Assembly: GCA_011109175.1 (NCBI GenBank) | Contig: RDEW01000005.1 | Coordinates: 1,670,657 to 1,734,656, forward strand | Direction: 5' to 3' | DNA length: 64,000 nt | Origin: Dicyema japonicum | Lineage: Eukaryota > Animalia > Dicyemida | Shown: positions 11,986-25,559 of the stretch, piece by piece | How positions within the stretch are numbered: position 1 is the stretch's first letter | Layout: each line of letters opens with the position of its first letter | Translations under genes and position numbers: made by a program | Notes under the pieces: generated by a model | Seen by the model: the letters and a program-made list of their open reading frames with translations, nothing else | Told to the model about the DNA's origin: nothing | The model's database searches: none

Positions 11986-12104
11986 TAATCCCATTTTCGT
12001 AATATAATGTGTAGCTTTGCTAAAATTATGTTTTCTAAATTAATTTTTTGAAAATAATAAATTTTAAATAAATTGGTTTCACCTAAATTCAGTTAAAGTT
12101 TGTA

Positions 12105-15100
12105 ATGTCAAAAATTCATTGTCGTTTTGCTCATTGTGAAGGTCGAACGGTATTTTCGTTTATAAATGAGTTTGTGAATTATCACTAAAATTTCAGTCGT
12201 ATACTCACCGGTGGAATTGATGGTGACTTTCGAATTTTCAAAAATGTCGACGACGATGACCCTCACTCCGAATCTGCTTATGGATCCGTCTTCTCAATCT
12301 GTTCAGATCCCAAGAATAACCGAATTTATGCTGCTTATAAGGACCAGACTCTCCAGGTGTACTCGTTTACACATCATGCTGGGGTAACTGACAGCTTAGA
12401 GGCAGAAATTACCATCACTCTGAACAAAGGCTCACCCTATTGCATAGACGTTGTTGATAACAAACTCATCGTCGGGACCTCGTACAACATATTTTACTAA
12501 ATAGTGACTTCTCTGTCGTTTTGTACACTTTCACCCAGAACAACTACAAGAGTGAAGTTATGAAAGGCCATTCTGCTCCAGTCCTGTCTGTTTCACTCGA
12601 TTATCTCATGGAATATGCTGTTTTACGAACCTTTTTATTGATCACTGTAGGTCAGCTCAAGCTGTGATGGATCCCTGCGAATTTGGCGTCTCAACGATCT
12701 TTTTTGCGAGTTACACATCGCTGGCATGTTCAAAATCTCAAATGACTTAAGGTATTGCACGTTTTTACTTCAGGCCTTCAAATCCTCAATGTTGCGTGAA
12801 ATGGAATAACTCAGGAAGTCATCTGGCGGTTACTCTATCTCATTGTATCCGACTATACAAACGAGACATTTGGGATATCGACTACGAACTGGTAATCACG
12901 GAATTTATTTCAGGAAAATCCGCAAAACGACGATTTCTCGCTTTGTTGTTTTACATTCGACGACCGGTTTATTGTGACTGCCTCCCTTAAAGGCACAATT
13001 TCCCTGTGGAGCTGCGGAAAGAGGAATTTACTGTCTTCGTTTTATTATTTGATGACATTTAAAGTTATGAATCTCAAAATTCATCTCCCTTGTGCTGTAT
13101 CGGCTTCATGTCTAAGGACTACGAGTGCATTTTCACCGATTATTCCGTTTATGCTGCTAATCATGTCGACTAGGGATTTTTAGGAGTTGCTGACTTTACT
13201 GCTGATACGGAAATCAACGGTTTTGACGATTGGGTTGAGGATATTGACATTCTCCCAGAGAATTCAGCGTCTGTGGGCGAGGATCACTCTGATAATGCAG
13301 AAGATAGAGTTGTGCCCACAAGACATCGAAATTCAAATGGTATTTACTTTAATAAACTCAGTCAATTTATCCTCTGACGACTCTTCAAACCCTCCCAGCC
13401 TTCAAGAAGATAAGGAACAACCAACCTTTGAAGACTATATCGGAGTTATGCAACCTCCATTTCAGCCAGGGTCCACCCCGTCTTTTCTCTCTGAGCGTTA
13501 TATGGTTACTCTGCTATAAATAACCACAGGTCTGGAATTTCATCGGAATTGTGAAACAGTACAGTCAAAGAACGGAGTCCAGCGACAGCATTGACGTGGA
13601 ATTCCACGATACTTCAATCTCCCATTCATTTCACATAGACAATTCGTATTTGTACTCCATTGGTGACCTCTCTGAGTCAGCCTTACTGCTTGCCTCTAAC
13701 GGAGATGACTCAGAAGATTCTGTCCCCTCAAAAATTTACTGCATATTGACAAACACATGGGACAGATGCAAGGAATGGTCAGTGGAAATGACTGAGAAGA
13801 TACACGTTGATCTGATTATTTATTCTAAGTGTGTTACCCTCAGTTCTGGTAACTGGTTGGCCGTGGTTACCAGTAGAAGATTAGTGCGGATATTTACCCT
13901 CTCTGGCTTAGAAGTGCACGTGTTTTCCATTCCAGGACAAGGCGTCTGTTCAATCTCTTCAAACTCTCGTCTTTTCGTTGTATACCACAGAGGACTCGGT
14001 ATTAGGGTCTTCTAATTTTTAGCCACAAAAGGAGACCAGGCTTTGGGATTTTTGCTGTACGAAATTTCCATGACCACGGTTTTCCCATAATTTCCTCTTC
14101 TGATCTTCCCATTTCTTTAAATTCCGCGTTGAAATGGGCAGGGTTTAATAATTTCCGTTATTTTCAGTTTTTCTGAACACGGAAGGGTTTTTACTTGTGA
14201 TTCCATGGGGATCACGCGTTGTATGTTTATATTGGAGACTGGGGGACATTGGTGGGCCGAGGTCTGTGATGTTTCGGTTGGAGATTGTAGTTTATGGTAA
14301 TCAGGGAACTTTGGATGACAACAATTGGGTGGTTGGTGTGGATGAACAACACCAGAGGGTCAGATATATTTCATCAAGGTTCAAATACATACCCCTCTTC
14401 CCCAAACCGGTGGTGATCTTTATGAATTTTCAATTACCTTTGACTCAATCTACTCTTCAACAAACAAAATTTCAGGTTTTTCACGTTTTTAGTACTTTAG
14501 GAAGGGATTATCAGATCCAGCATGTTTTCATCCTACAGTGGGGACGAGAACTCACTGGCTATGCAGCTGATTGCCGTATTTAGTTGATTTAAATGGATTA
14601 GCTGTTATGTAAGGACAAAATGGACCGACGGGCATTTGATGTTGTTAGACTTCTTCTTGAACGTCCCGCTTCTCGAATATCGACTATATTTGGATCACTG
14701 GTTCTGAAATATGCCGAGAGAAGCGGTCATCCTTCCTTGGCTAAGAATATTGCTGATTTAATTGACTCAAACGGTGAAGTGAATGAAACAAATGAGAGTT
14801 TGGTGGTTGAGGACGTTCCTGAAATAATGGCTCCTCGAACTGTTCGGCTGTCAGCATCTCGTCGAGTTAATCCTCCAGAATCTCCGAATTATGACACTCC
14901 CAATGTTATTTCAGAATCTTTTGTGTCACAAGCTACTGTGGATGAGTCAATTGACGGTCGACTAGAATCTTCTGGTCTTCGGATTAATCCATTAAAGTTC
15001 TTATTGGCTAACAGTAGACTGACCGTGAGGGTTCTTATGCGAATGTCGACTGTTTTAATCAAGAGGTTCGTAGAGCTTGTGATTTGGAAGTTCAGGTACC

Positions 15101-15298
15101 TACCAAGAGGTTGATTCTTGATTTATTTTTTGTAGACAGAAGAAGGCTTCTGCCTTTGAAGTGTGGGTTAACGAGACTGGAAACGTAGATTCTAAATCTC
15201 GGTCTGAACTGTTAGCTGACTTTAGCAAACTTTCTTCTGACGAAAAGAAAGTTGGATTTTTATGTTATTTATAGTTTTGGAAAGACAAGGCTAAGTGA
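12105..15298 (+). CDS. WDHD1: WDHD1/AND-1/CTF4 (WD40, SepB and HMG-box domains)
   Basis: RFAHCEG, GGIDGDFRIF..DDDDP, KGHSAPVLSVS, SSCDGSLRIW, FQPGSTP..ERYM, RLVRIFTLSG; C-terminal HMG-like AFEVW..FWKDKAK; many short introns. Confidence 0.93.
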
Positions 15299-15354
15299 CT
15301 TTTGTTTATTGATTGTTAATAAAATAGTTAATTTGTTCATAATTTTGTTAATTT

Positions 15355-18165
15355 TTTTGCTCACCTACGATGTGGTGGCAAAAATGTGAAAAAGAGCCGC
15401 AAAATCCCTATCCCTTCTTCATTGAGAAGTGGATGATGTCGTGCATTACTACTATTTCCGGCAAAATCAAACCGAATCCAGGACCGCCATTGATTTTCGC
15501 CCAAATCAACATAAATTGAATTCGAACAAAGATTATTTAAACGAATTTTTCAGTCCAACTCAGTGGATATCGCTTTAATTCGTCAAAGCTTACTCATAAA
15601 GATTCAACTCCAACGTTTCCTGGATATTACGTGCTCCGGAAAGACCGAAAATTTGGAAGAGGTGGAGGCTTACTTACCATTGTCCATAATCAGATTAATG
15701 TTGTGGACCTTTCAAATTACACATCAAGCTTTATGGACACTGAAGATCTATTAGAACAACTCACAGTGAAAATAAAGTTACACTCACTCCGAATGACTAT
15801 AGCACATGTGTATATCCCTCACTTCTTTATGATATAAAGGCTATTGTTCTAATCTTGAACAGATCACAAGATTATAAAAATTTATAATTTGTGGAGATTT
15901 GAACGCCAAGAGCCCAATTTGATACACAAATCAACTATTAGACCAAAGAGGATCTATTTTATCAGACAACATTGACGACTTGGTATTCCTTAACAACAGG
16001 AATAAACACATAAGAACTCCTTTGAGAAATGGTGACTCTCCAACCTCACTAGATCTGACTCTTGCCAATTGCTTCGACTATTACATGGGACGTTATTTAC
16101 GAGTTGCACACAGATCACAATCCAATACTATTGAAAATCGCGGGAAAACACAAGATGAATGGAACTCGTAATACTTTCATCAACTTTTCACGTGCGAATT
16201 GGCTTGAGTACATGATTTTTATTGAAGACTCCCTATCCTCTCTTTTCCTCGATAGATGCGCCGTTGGATTTATTAATGAAAAGATTTTGCAAGCCCGAAA
16301 AAAGATTAATCCAATGGGGCGATTCAAGACTTTTTCAGATAAATTCGACACAGAAACGAGGGTCTTTATTGTAAAAGAAGAAATAAACTAAAAAAAACTC
16401 TAGATAAAACATCCCTGAATACTGAAATTACAGATCTGAATGAGAAATTACCAAAAGGATCAAAAATAAAAACAAAAAATGGGAGGCTGCTTTGATGTCT
16501 GTAAACAGACACACAAAGACATCATCCTTATGGAGAACACTACGGAAACTCAAACAGATTCCCATGCAACATACACTAAAAATTATTCCTGACACACTTA
16601 TGAAATTTTATGTCAGTTTAAGCCACAAACCATATTTGAAACTGGAGCATCAACCGAAACACAAGACGAAAAAATATTCATACATCGAATTTTTCAAACC
16701 ACTGGAGGTATTTCATGCAATTAAATAAATGAAAAATACAAAATCCAAAAAGGCGGATGACATTTCAATAACTGAATTGAAACACTTGGGCCAAAAGAGT
16801 CGATGCCCTTACTGAGATTTTCAATTACTCAGTGAATAAAAATGAGATTCCTTCATTATGGAAAAAATCACTTATACATTTAATACCTAAAAAGAACAAA
16901 GCTTTTAACAACCTCCGGAGATATTGTCCAATATTGATTTTTTGTGGCCTTTCAAGAACATTGGAAAAATTAATCCTCACAAGATTAATCATTCGCTTGA
17001 TCTTGCAATTTTCAACATGGCTTCAGATCGGATACTCAATTTCAACACATCCAACAAAACTAACCCAGTTCAATTCGAATAGACTGAACTACTCAAAACC
17101 ACATAAAAGAATGGTACTTGTCGCTCTGGATATCGAGAAGCGTTTGATTCGGTACCGAGGAAGACTCTAGCAACAAAAATTTTTGACACCGATATCCATC
17201 CGAAATCCAGATGTGGCTGGCCAATTTCATTAATGGTAGAAGAGGCTAAGTTGTCATAAATAATAGAAAATCAAGACAACCATACCTCCCCAACGGGTCC
17301 CTCAAGGATCCCTTTATCACCAACCTTGTTCAATTTATTTACAAGAGACCTTCCAAATCCAAAATACCATCCTTCTGTCTTATGCCGACGATCTCATTGT
17401 CGCAGCAAGACACCAAGACCATAAAAAACTGCGCGAAGGTTCAGGAGACCCTCGACATTATGAACCCATGGTTCCTCAAAAACCACATGAAAATATCCCC
17501 TGGGAAGTCGAGCACTGCGATTATCTCCTCCTACAGGAAACATAATCCTTCGATCCTAAATTAACTTGGAATGGAGAGCTTATCCCAGTTAATAACGAAC
17601 CCATCAATCCTTGGAGTTACATATGACCCGTTAATGACGTTCACACACATGTGGACAATAATTTTAAGAGTTCAAAAAAGATGAGAATTCTCAAGACCTT
17701 TGCTAGATCTCCAATATCTTCACTTTCTTACATCAAATTATTATACAAAAATTATATTCTACCGACAATGGAACATGCATGTACGGCGTGGATTACACCC
17801 TTGTCAATATCCACGCAGAACAAATTAGAGGTCATAAAAAACCAATGCCTCCGGATCCTTCTTAAATGTGACAGAATGACGCCTACGGCAGAAATGAGGA
17901 ACACATTAGATCTCAAAAAAGTATGGAACGGTGACGAACAACAAAAATTCTTAAAATGGTGCGATCTTTTAGTAACTTCCTTGAAGATGAGTTTTTTGCC
18001 TACCAGAAGTATGCTCGCAAATTTGAGATCAAACCTTCCCCCTTTTGGACGACCATAAAAAATTGCAGACAAAGTCGAAACAAAGGAGGACGCACTGACA
18101 CCGGGATCACTTTATTAGACGATTACTTTTTCCTCTTTCCTGTGTTCCCGGGGTTATAATAATAA
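15355..18165 (+). mobile_element. Degenerate full-length Ingi/Vingi-like LINE
   Basis: Leader motif, degenerate 2A (GKIKPNPGP), APE (RKFGRGGGLLT, HTDHNPI), RT remnants (PQGS, YADD); tail cccggggttataataataat. Confidence 0.85.
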
Positions 18166-18169
18166 TTTT

Positions 18170-18737
18170 TGTTCAGTAATAATTTGATTGAAAATACTGT
18201 AGTTAGTTGTTGTGGAGAAGTTTCATTATAGCCCGCAGACATTGAAGACTCAATGGGAGCTACCTCTCATGCCAATGTTCTTAAAGACTCGTCCGATTTA
18301 TCTGACAAACTGAGACATCTTTGGGCCAATAACCCCAGACGTCTCAACATTGTGCAAATTTTATTTAAAAAGGCTTGACCAGGTAGGTCTTAATATCTGT
18401 GTGGTGTTATGTGGCAAATTGATTGAGGATTTTTTCAGACCTTTCTAGTGACGTCATCGAATCCATTTAACTCAGGAGATGCTCAAGGTCGAAGAATTTT
18501 TCTGTTTGCTTTCTTCCATTCCTAGAGAGGTCTATTGGTCATCTAGTAGGCAACATAAGCAAAGCGACGAAACCTATTCTGTCCACATAGTCTTGTAAAA
18601 CCGTATGGTGGTCGCAGAGATGGCACCAATTGGACAAAAACTTTCAGGGGGAGGGAAACTTCGCTTCCATCGTTGTTCGACGGCAGACATCCATTAAGCT
18701 TGTTGATACCAAGGCAGTCATGAGGTGAAAATGACAT
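18170..18737 (-). CDS. Possible small multi-exon gene divergent from LTO1
   Basis: ATG at 18737 next to an AT-rich spacer; plausible short introns; no family recognised. Confidence 0.3.
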
Positions 18738-18837
18738 TAAAATATTTAATTATTTTTACTGAATATTATTAAATACAAATATTTTTTGATTAAAAAATTA
18801 TTAAATTAAAAAAAATCATTATGTTTATGTGGCATTA

Positions 18838-19236
18838 ATGGATCCTGATTTTATTGATAAGTGCTTAGATGATTTATTTATGTTTGAAGATGAAGTTATT
18901 GAATCTGGTTACAAGAAAGGATATTCTTTCGAATTTTCCAAAGCCAAGCTTAGTGGACATAATGATGGTTACCAGATTGGATTAAAACGGGCCATAGAAC
19001 TGTCCTATTATATTACATTGAGGAATTTATGGCTTAGTAAAATTAGTCAAAATCCAAAAAACAAGGATACCGCTAATAAATTGGGTAAGCTGATGGCTTT
19101 CATAGAGAATGCTATGAGAGGTGATAGCTATGAAGAATTTGAGGCAGATTTGAACAACATTAGGCAGCTATTCAAATTGCTTTGTTCACGTTTTCGTTGT
19201 AAAATTATTTCTTTTCAAGATAAATATGCTTTTTAA
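18838..19236 (+). CDS. LTO1: LTO1/ORAOV1 (Yae1_N family), intronless
   Basis: DDLFMFEDEVIESGYKKG...GYQIGLKRAIELSYY...YEEFEADLNNIRQLFKLLCS matches the ORAOV1 pattern. Confidence 0.85.
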   Translation: MDPDFIDKCLDDLFMFEDEVIESGYKKGYSFEFSKAKLSGHNDGYQIGLKRAIELSYYITLRNLWLSKISQNPKNKDTANKLGKLMAFIENAMRGDSYEEFEADLNNIRQLFKLLCSRFRCKIISFQDKYAF

Positions 19237-20159
19237 TTTTTTTATTAAATATAATTTATGGTTTAATTTGTTTTGAATTCAAATAATTTTTACAGACGTT
19301 TTAATTTGAAACCTATTTTAGTTACAAAATCACCCCATCGAAGTAACCATTGAGGTAGAGAAGGCCAAATATCTCTTTTATATGTGTAATTGACACCAAC
19401 CACCACCTACAAAATTACTCTTCCAAGTTTATGCAAAGAATCATGAAATTTATTTGGAAAGGGTTATTCATGTATAGGAATCCCGATCAATTCTGAAATT
19501 CGAGGAGACACTTCTGATAGGCGCTGGGATTTCGGAGGACCACTCGATAATAGTTCAGGAGTTACTAGGATATGGGATCACTTAATTAGTTTGCTTTGAC
19601 ACCTTATTTGGTGGTTATTGGGTGTTTTAATAATAACTTTAGTGCTTGGGTTGACGGGTGACGCCATTGTCAGTGTTTCAGCACTGAGGAACCTGATTGG
19701 ACTCTAATCACTGATTAGCAAGGAAAAAGGGGTACCGGGATGAACAGTCAAGGCCAGCCTAAATACCAAGATGTGGAAGAGCTGTTTAAGGATCTAATCC
19801 CTACAATCCTATAGGTGGCATTAAAACAAGAAATTGTGTCAATGACCAATGTCGGCCATTAATTAATTTTTTTAGAATCCTTAAAAATCTTTGTTACAAA
19901 AAGGGAATCGTAGACCCGATCATTATTTTTGATAATGCTCGTATCAATCATTATACGGAGATTGGAGAATTGATTGAAATAGCAAACTTCCACGTTCCAT
20001 TACCCCCTTCAATCCAACTGAGAATGTCTCCATATGTATTTAGCACGTGGAAAAACTATATTTTTAGAGGAGGGCTGAAATGAGAAAAATCTAAAAAAGG
20101 TTGTTTTTACCTTTAAAAAATTAGTGACGCTATTGGTCGGGAAACTATATTTTTTGCCC

Positions 20160-20634
20160 ATGTCATAGGCAATCTCCATTTCCACGATCTTCGTGATCAC
20201 TTTCCCTATCTTAGCACTTTAAACTTCTGAAAATAGTGATGTTGACGATCCTGTTGATATGAATCTCAACCACTTCACTCTCGATGACCTCAGCCTCGTC
20301 TCTTAACACTAAGAGGTCGTTTACTTTATTCGGACATATAGAAACTTCCTGGGAACTTCCGAAATGTTTGTAAATTACTTTGTGTTGGCATTGGTTTTGC
20401 ACATTTTGAGAATGATCCTCATTTCATTGAGTGTCAGCTCCTTAATGAGAAATCAACACTTTGTAAGATGTTGCAGTATGGATCATTGATCTCCCCCATT
20501 CCACTAGAGGGGTTCACACATCTACATTCTTCCTTATCCTGGAAGAATAGAGACGTGAATAGTGTCTTATTTGCTCTTCTCCTGTGTGGAGGAAAATCAT
20601 TGAACAGTAAATACCATAATTCAAAACAGTACAA
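20160..20634 (-). pseudogene. RUVBL2: RUVBL2 (Reptin) fragment retaining a short intron
   Basis: VRIK|DEAEVIESEVVEIHINR...IGKVITKIVEMEIAYDMGKK matches [40 protein letters not shown]; no Walker motifs. Confidence 0.7.
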
Positions 20635-20728
20635 GATAAACTAATGGTAGTATTTTCAAATAGTAATATTTAAATCAGTAAATAATAAATTCATTTTAGT
20701 TTAATTAAATTAATATTTAGTAATTTAA

Positions 20729-21223
20729 ATGGGTGATCATGCTGAGGATGAATTCAAAAATTTAGAAATTTATAACAGAAATGAGGTGGGATTCTTTATT
20801 ATTTTACATAGTCCTGTGATTCAGACGTTTGGGATGACACTGCCTTGATTGCTGCTTATGAAACAGCTATGGGGAGGGTAATTTTAATGTTCACCATAGA
20901 ATTCTCGAAAAAAGAAAAGGAAATCAAAATCCTCAAAAAATTCGGCAAAAAGAGTCCAAAAATCAGTCACAGAGGACTGCAGCACAACATTTACTGAGGA
21001 CCCCAATGTCTGCAACGAGGCTCACCAAGACGTGCCCTTTAACAATTGTGAGGACAAAGAACAACATGATAACACTAATTTTGAGAAAACTCAGAATGCA
21101 GTTCCGCCTCCAATTCCCCCAGATTTGATGACTCCACACAACGGAGATCTTCTCAACAACCTACTCATTTCCTGGTACATGGCTGGATATTATGCAGGCC
21201 TCTACCAGTCCTCAAGACAGTGA
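20729..21223 (+). CDS. SMN: SMN homolog copy B, intact, 3 exons, about 148 aa, no Tudor domain
   Basis: MGDHAE..NE|SCDSDVWDDTALIAAYETAMGR|NSRKKKRK...VPPPIPPD...LLISWYMAGYYAGLYQSSRQ; introns of 26 and 22 nt. Confidence 0.9.
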
Positions 21224-23339
21224 TTATACGATAAACTTATTTTTCTACCTAAATGTTCAAAAATCTTCTTTTATCTTTTTAAGGAGATAAAAGCTGCAAA
21301 TATAAGTACTGGATTACCACCTACCTTCCGATGAGGTTCTGTCTCCATCTCTAGTCGGAAGGGGCATTCGAATGAATCATGAACCAGCAACATAGTACTC
21401 ACATTGGTTCAGACTTATTTCAACACTCCTACAAACAAAAATAAAACGAACACACATTACGAACTAATAGTCAGCATTTTAGATAACAAAAGATTGGAAT
21501 AGCCATACTCCGAGGGAACTCGTTCGCAATCCACGCAGCAGGCTTCCTCAACTGACATTTGTTTAATTGTTAAAAAAATTATTTTGATTATAAAAAAAAG
21601 TTAATTTTTTAAAAAGGACTGGAAACCTATAAAATATCTGAATTAGGCTCGAAAACAGGCTGTACCCATACGATTGGAGAGTCGATTTTTCCATTATTTG
21701 AGTTAGGTTTTTTTCGAAACTTAATGAGGTTAGTAGAAATTAAGAAAACTTTGCGGTACATTGGGGTCCTCAGTAAATGTTGTGCTGCAGAATAATAATA
21801 GGAGATAATGTAACAGTAATAGATGCCAAAAGAATAATAAAATATTTTAAGGATAAAATCTAACTATATTATTATTCAAAGAAAATGAAATTTGTCACTT
21901 TCATGAATTCGAAAAGGTTGCAGAGTATGAAGTTGGAAATTTATGTCACACTTATCATCACTCAAAACAGAATTTCTTTAGCGTTTTAAAGAATAAATTT
22001 GATTTTTCTCAGTGGATGATCAATCCGTTCGAATCCAGAATCTCATGAAATTTACTTTCAGAATATCTCAATTTCTTTATTTTGGTAGAATTCGAAGATT
22101 AAAGAAGGTTCCAAAATTTTGGAATTCGATCTCTCAGAAAATCTTGTAGTTTCCAACTTAATATCTTGTTGAAAGAATATTCAACTCAATTATTTATTGA
22201 AAAGTGTGCAAAATAAATTGAAATTTTGTGAGGTGATATTCGACTTTATTTAATTCGAATCAAGCCTGGTATTGAATGTTGGATAAAAGTCATCTGGGTA
22301 CTGGTTTATTATAGTACCCCTAAGTAATTATATACCTAAAATTATATTACTCCTAAGCACTTATAGTACCCCCAAAGCAGTTATAGTACCCATAAGCAAT
22401 TATAGTACCCATAAGCAGTTATAGTACACACAAAGCAGTCAAAAAACTATTGGGACTATTGAGGGTAATATGAAGGTGAAAATAGTGGCCTTCTGTGTGG
22501 AAAGTTGTCTGCCTTTATACATCAAGATTACTGATGACTGGATAATAAGGACCCCGGGGAAGAGCCAATGCCCTTCAGTGCAAGACCCACTATATTTTAA
22601 CTGTCCCTAATGTTTAACCTTATTTAGTTAGTTAGTTAAGTAACCCCTCACTAACTTGTAGGAGGACAATGGCTATTTAATAGGACGCAGCAGATGCAGG
22701 TCGCTCCCATAGACTAGTCAGTCCTGCATTGTGGACGAACGTTGTGCTAATTCATGACATTCAAATAAGTGATTTGTTGCCAACTCGTAGAGGTTGCAAA
22801 AGGGACAGAGTACATCGTATGTCGACAGAGAGGGGATGGTGCCCACATTGTAGAAGAACCAGGTTTACTTGGATATCTTTCAAAAGAGAGGATTCTGATT
22901 GGTCTATTAGAGGAGGGAACCGGTGTAGTATTTTATTATTATCGAGTATTCGGATGCTTCTTGTAGAAACAAAATCGTGTATCTGTTTTAGACAACTCCG
23001 GTTATTGGTTGAAAGGATGGATGATAGCATTCGAGGCAGGTCATTGGTTGTCATAATTTTTAGTTTGTTTTGGAGTTTGTATAGATAATGACAGGGATGG
23101 TCTGTATGCTTGGGCGAGGAACTGCAGAGAATAACCAGTAAATTCATAACCGGTAAATTCATCCCAGTTAAATCAAGGAACCACGTGGGCGGGTTTCTCA
23201 GAAGAGGTCGAAATTTTGATTTTTTATATTATATTTAAAATGCGATTTTGGAGATTATTCGACGATATGAGTCACGTGTCCGTGAAGGTAAAACCTATGA
23301 AAATTGAAGAGATAGGACCTATTTTTTCACCTCTCTTCA

Positions 23340-23785
23340 GAAGCTGACGAAGAATGAACACAATCATGCTGGTGATGCTGCATATGTTGAATCTAAGAAA
23401 ATTACTCATGAGATAAAAAGAAAAGCTATTGCGCATTTTATTACAGAAAATGCGCATTTTATTACAACTGAAGTGTGTGTGGGTTTGCCACTGGAGGTTT
23501 CTGCCCGACTACCCGCAACTTCTTTAATTTAAAACAATATTAGAAATTCAAGAAATTTAAAAGATCTAGCTCCTCCCAATCCACTTAGCATAGACCAGTT
23601 AAGAATACCTGCAGAATACAGATCAACTTAGCCAATGAACCTTTTCTACTATTTGATAGTGAAGACAGTTTTGACCGAACAATAATTTTTACAACGAGAA
23701 AAAATCTTAATTTGCTTTCCTCTATAAACTTTTGGTATGCGGATGGTACTTTTAATATAATCCCATATTTGTTTAATCAATTTTT
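23340..23785 (+). mobile_element. MULE transposase fragment
   Basis: HNHAGDA...IPAEY..EPFLLFDS..RTIIFTT..FWYADGTFNIIP. Confidence 0.75.
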
Positions 23786-23799
23786 TAATTCAAAACTTT

Positions 23800-24300
23800 T
23801 TATGCGATCGTCAGAGCTCTAAAGGCTATAGGTTTCCCAGCACAGCTTGAACCAGTGGGTATTGATCGATGAGATGGAAAGAGACCTGACGGGATGACCC
23901 TTTTCCCAATCACGTCTGAAAGATCTTAGGTCTGGAACGCAACTTGTGTAGACACGTTCTCAAGCACGAATATTTTCAAATCGGTTCAGACACCTGGAGC
24001 AGCTATTTCGATTGCGGAAAACCTAAAAATCAAGAAATATTATTGCCTCGGGGACCTCTACCGATTTACTCCTGTTGTGACCGAATCATCGGGAGCCGTT
24101 GGTCCAATGACGGCTGAGTTCTTGCGAGAACTCGGAGGAATCCTTGCCAGAAAGAAAAGGGATCAACGAGAAGGGTTATGGCTGAGACAAAAGATTGGAA
24201 TGGCCATACTCTGAGAGAGCTCGTTCGCAATCCACGGAGCCGGCTTCCTCAACTGACATTTGTTTCTTTGTTAAAAAATTATTAAAAAAAAAACTTTTTA
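23800..24300 (+). mobile_element. CRE-like RLE domain fragment
   Basis: EPVGIDRDGKRPDGMTLFP..VWNATCVDT..FTPVVTESSG. Confidence 0.8.
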
Positions 24301-25420
24301 TTAAGGAAAGAAAAGAGAGTAAACGGTTATATGGCGGCTGCCCTGATTGCGTGGCTATTTCCCCTCAGATTGGAGAGGGAGATTCGTACAAATAACCAGC
24401 AGCGCTCACGAGAATCTCCTGTTCGTGTAGCGATCCGATTCCTTAGACGACTCAAGAATTCAAGCGTCTCAGGGGTAAGGAAACCAGACGTTTCAACGGC
24501 GAGTGGTACAAACAAAAAATTTTTGGGTAGGACCGCGTACTTTTCCCGTTTCATCTTATCGGCCTTCTCAGCAGCAGAACAGGCTCCAGAGGCACTCTGG
24601 TGTAGGTTGCAAGAGGTAAACGTGTCGGTGCAGGTAACGTCCCAGACAAGAAGCTTCCAGGCTTCAAAAGAAAAGATTGTCATCCCATCTGGTCGTTTCT
24701 CGTCCCGCCTGCAAGAACGACTTCGTTAAAGGCCATGCGTCTGAGAAATCTACCTGCACTCTTCCTGCAGGAGAGAGGGTATTGGCCAAGACATTCGATC
24801 TGGTCTCCGCATCGGCACGAATGTGGAACACAGACATTTAATCCCAGTCGCAATGAGATCCTAATACGGACGAATTCATCATCCAGGAAGGTACCCAGAA
24901 CTCCATTGGGAATGGAGTTGAGCCAGGCACCGTTCTCGGAAGACGCCCACGACAACAAACAGGAACGGCGATGTTGGCTAGATGACACTAGAAAATCTTT
25001 TAAAGAATTCCAGCATATAGCATCGTCCAAGCCCCGCTGAGAGAACGAGAAAGGCAGGGAAACCTGATAAGTGCGGCTCCTCACAAGCATGGCCGGTGTC
25101 CTTGTCAATAGAGAATTCAGGTAGAGAGTGTAAAATCCTCTTGACATGGGAGTTACAAGCAACTAGCGATGATAGGTATGAATGGAAAGAAAGGTCCACA
25201 GGGTTCCGAATTTTAAGTCCTCCGAGTCTCACTGGCAGCGTGGCTTGCTTCCATGAGTAATCCTCGAACCGGACGTTGAAGATATGCTCCGCTGTCTTAC
25301 GGAAGATCTCGTTAATCTGTGCGAGTGGTCACACAGTGTGAAATAGAAAGCAGTCCTCAGGACATATGCAAGCTTCTGTACGTTGAGACTGTTTTGGACT
25401 GGATTTAAGAAATATGCTTG
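24300..25420 (-). mobile_element. CRE-like 3' half
   Basis: RLGGLKIR, GAWLNSIPNGVLG, CRCG..CRKSAGR, LVWDVTCTDT, FVPLAVETSG; close relative of 48340-49615. Confidence 0.85.
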
Positions 25421-25559
25421 TTTCTACTGTTGATAAAGAAGCATTTTCATCGGACCTATCTACGAAAGATTTTGATAGAGTAACGTAGACCAAGTGGTCC
25501 ATGGGCTGTGTGAGACTCAAGAAAAAGGACTACCTCCTAGTCTGGTGTCACAGTCAGAT

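Larger units (their letters stand above)
19140..23518 (+). repeat. Segmental duplication, copy B
   Basis: 19140 corresponds to position 1; jumps from the equivalent of 3459 to that of 7478 at 22440/22441; homology ends at 23518. Confidence 0.95.
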
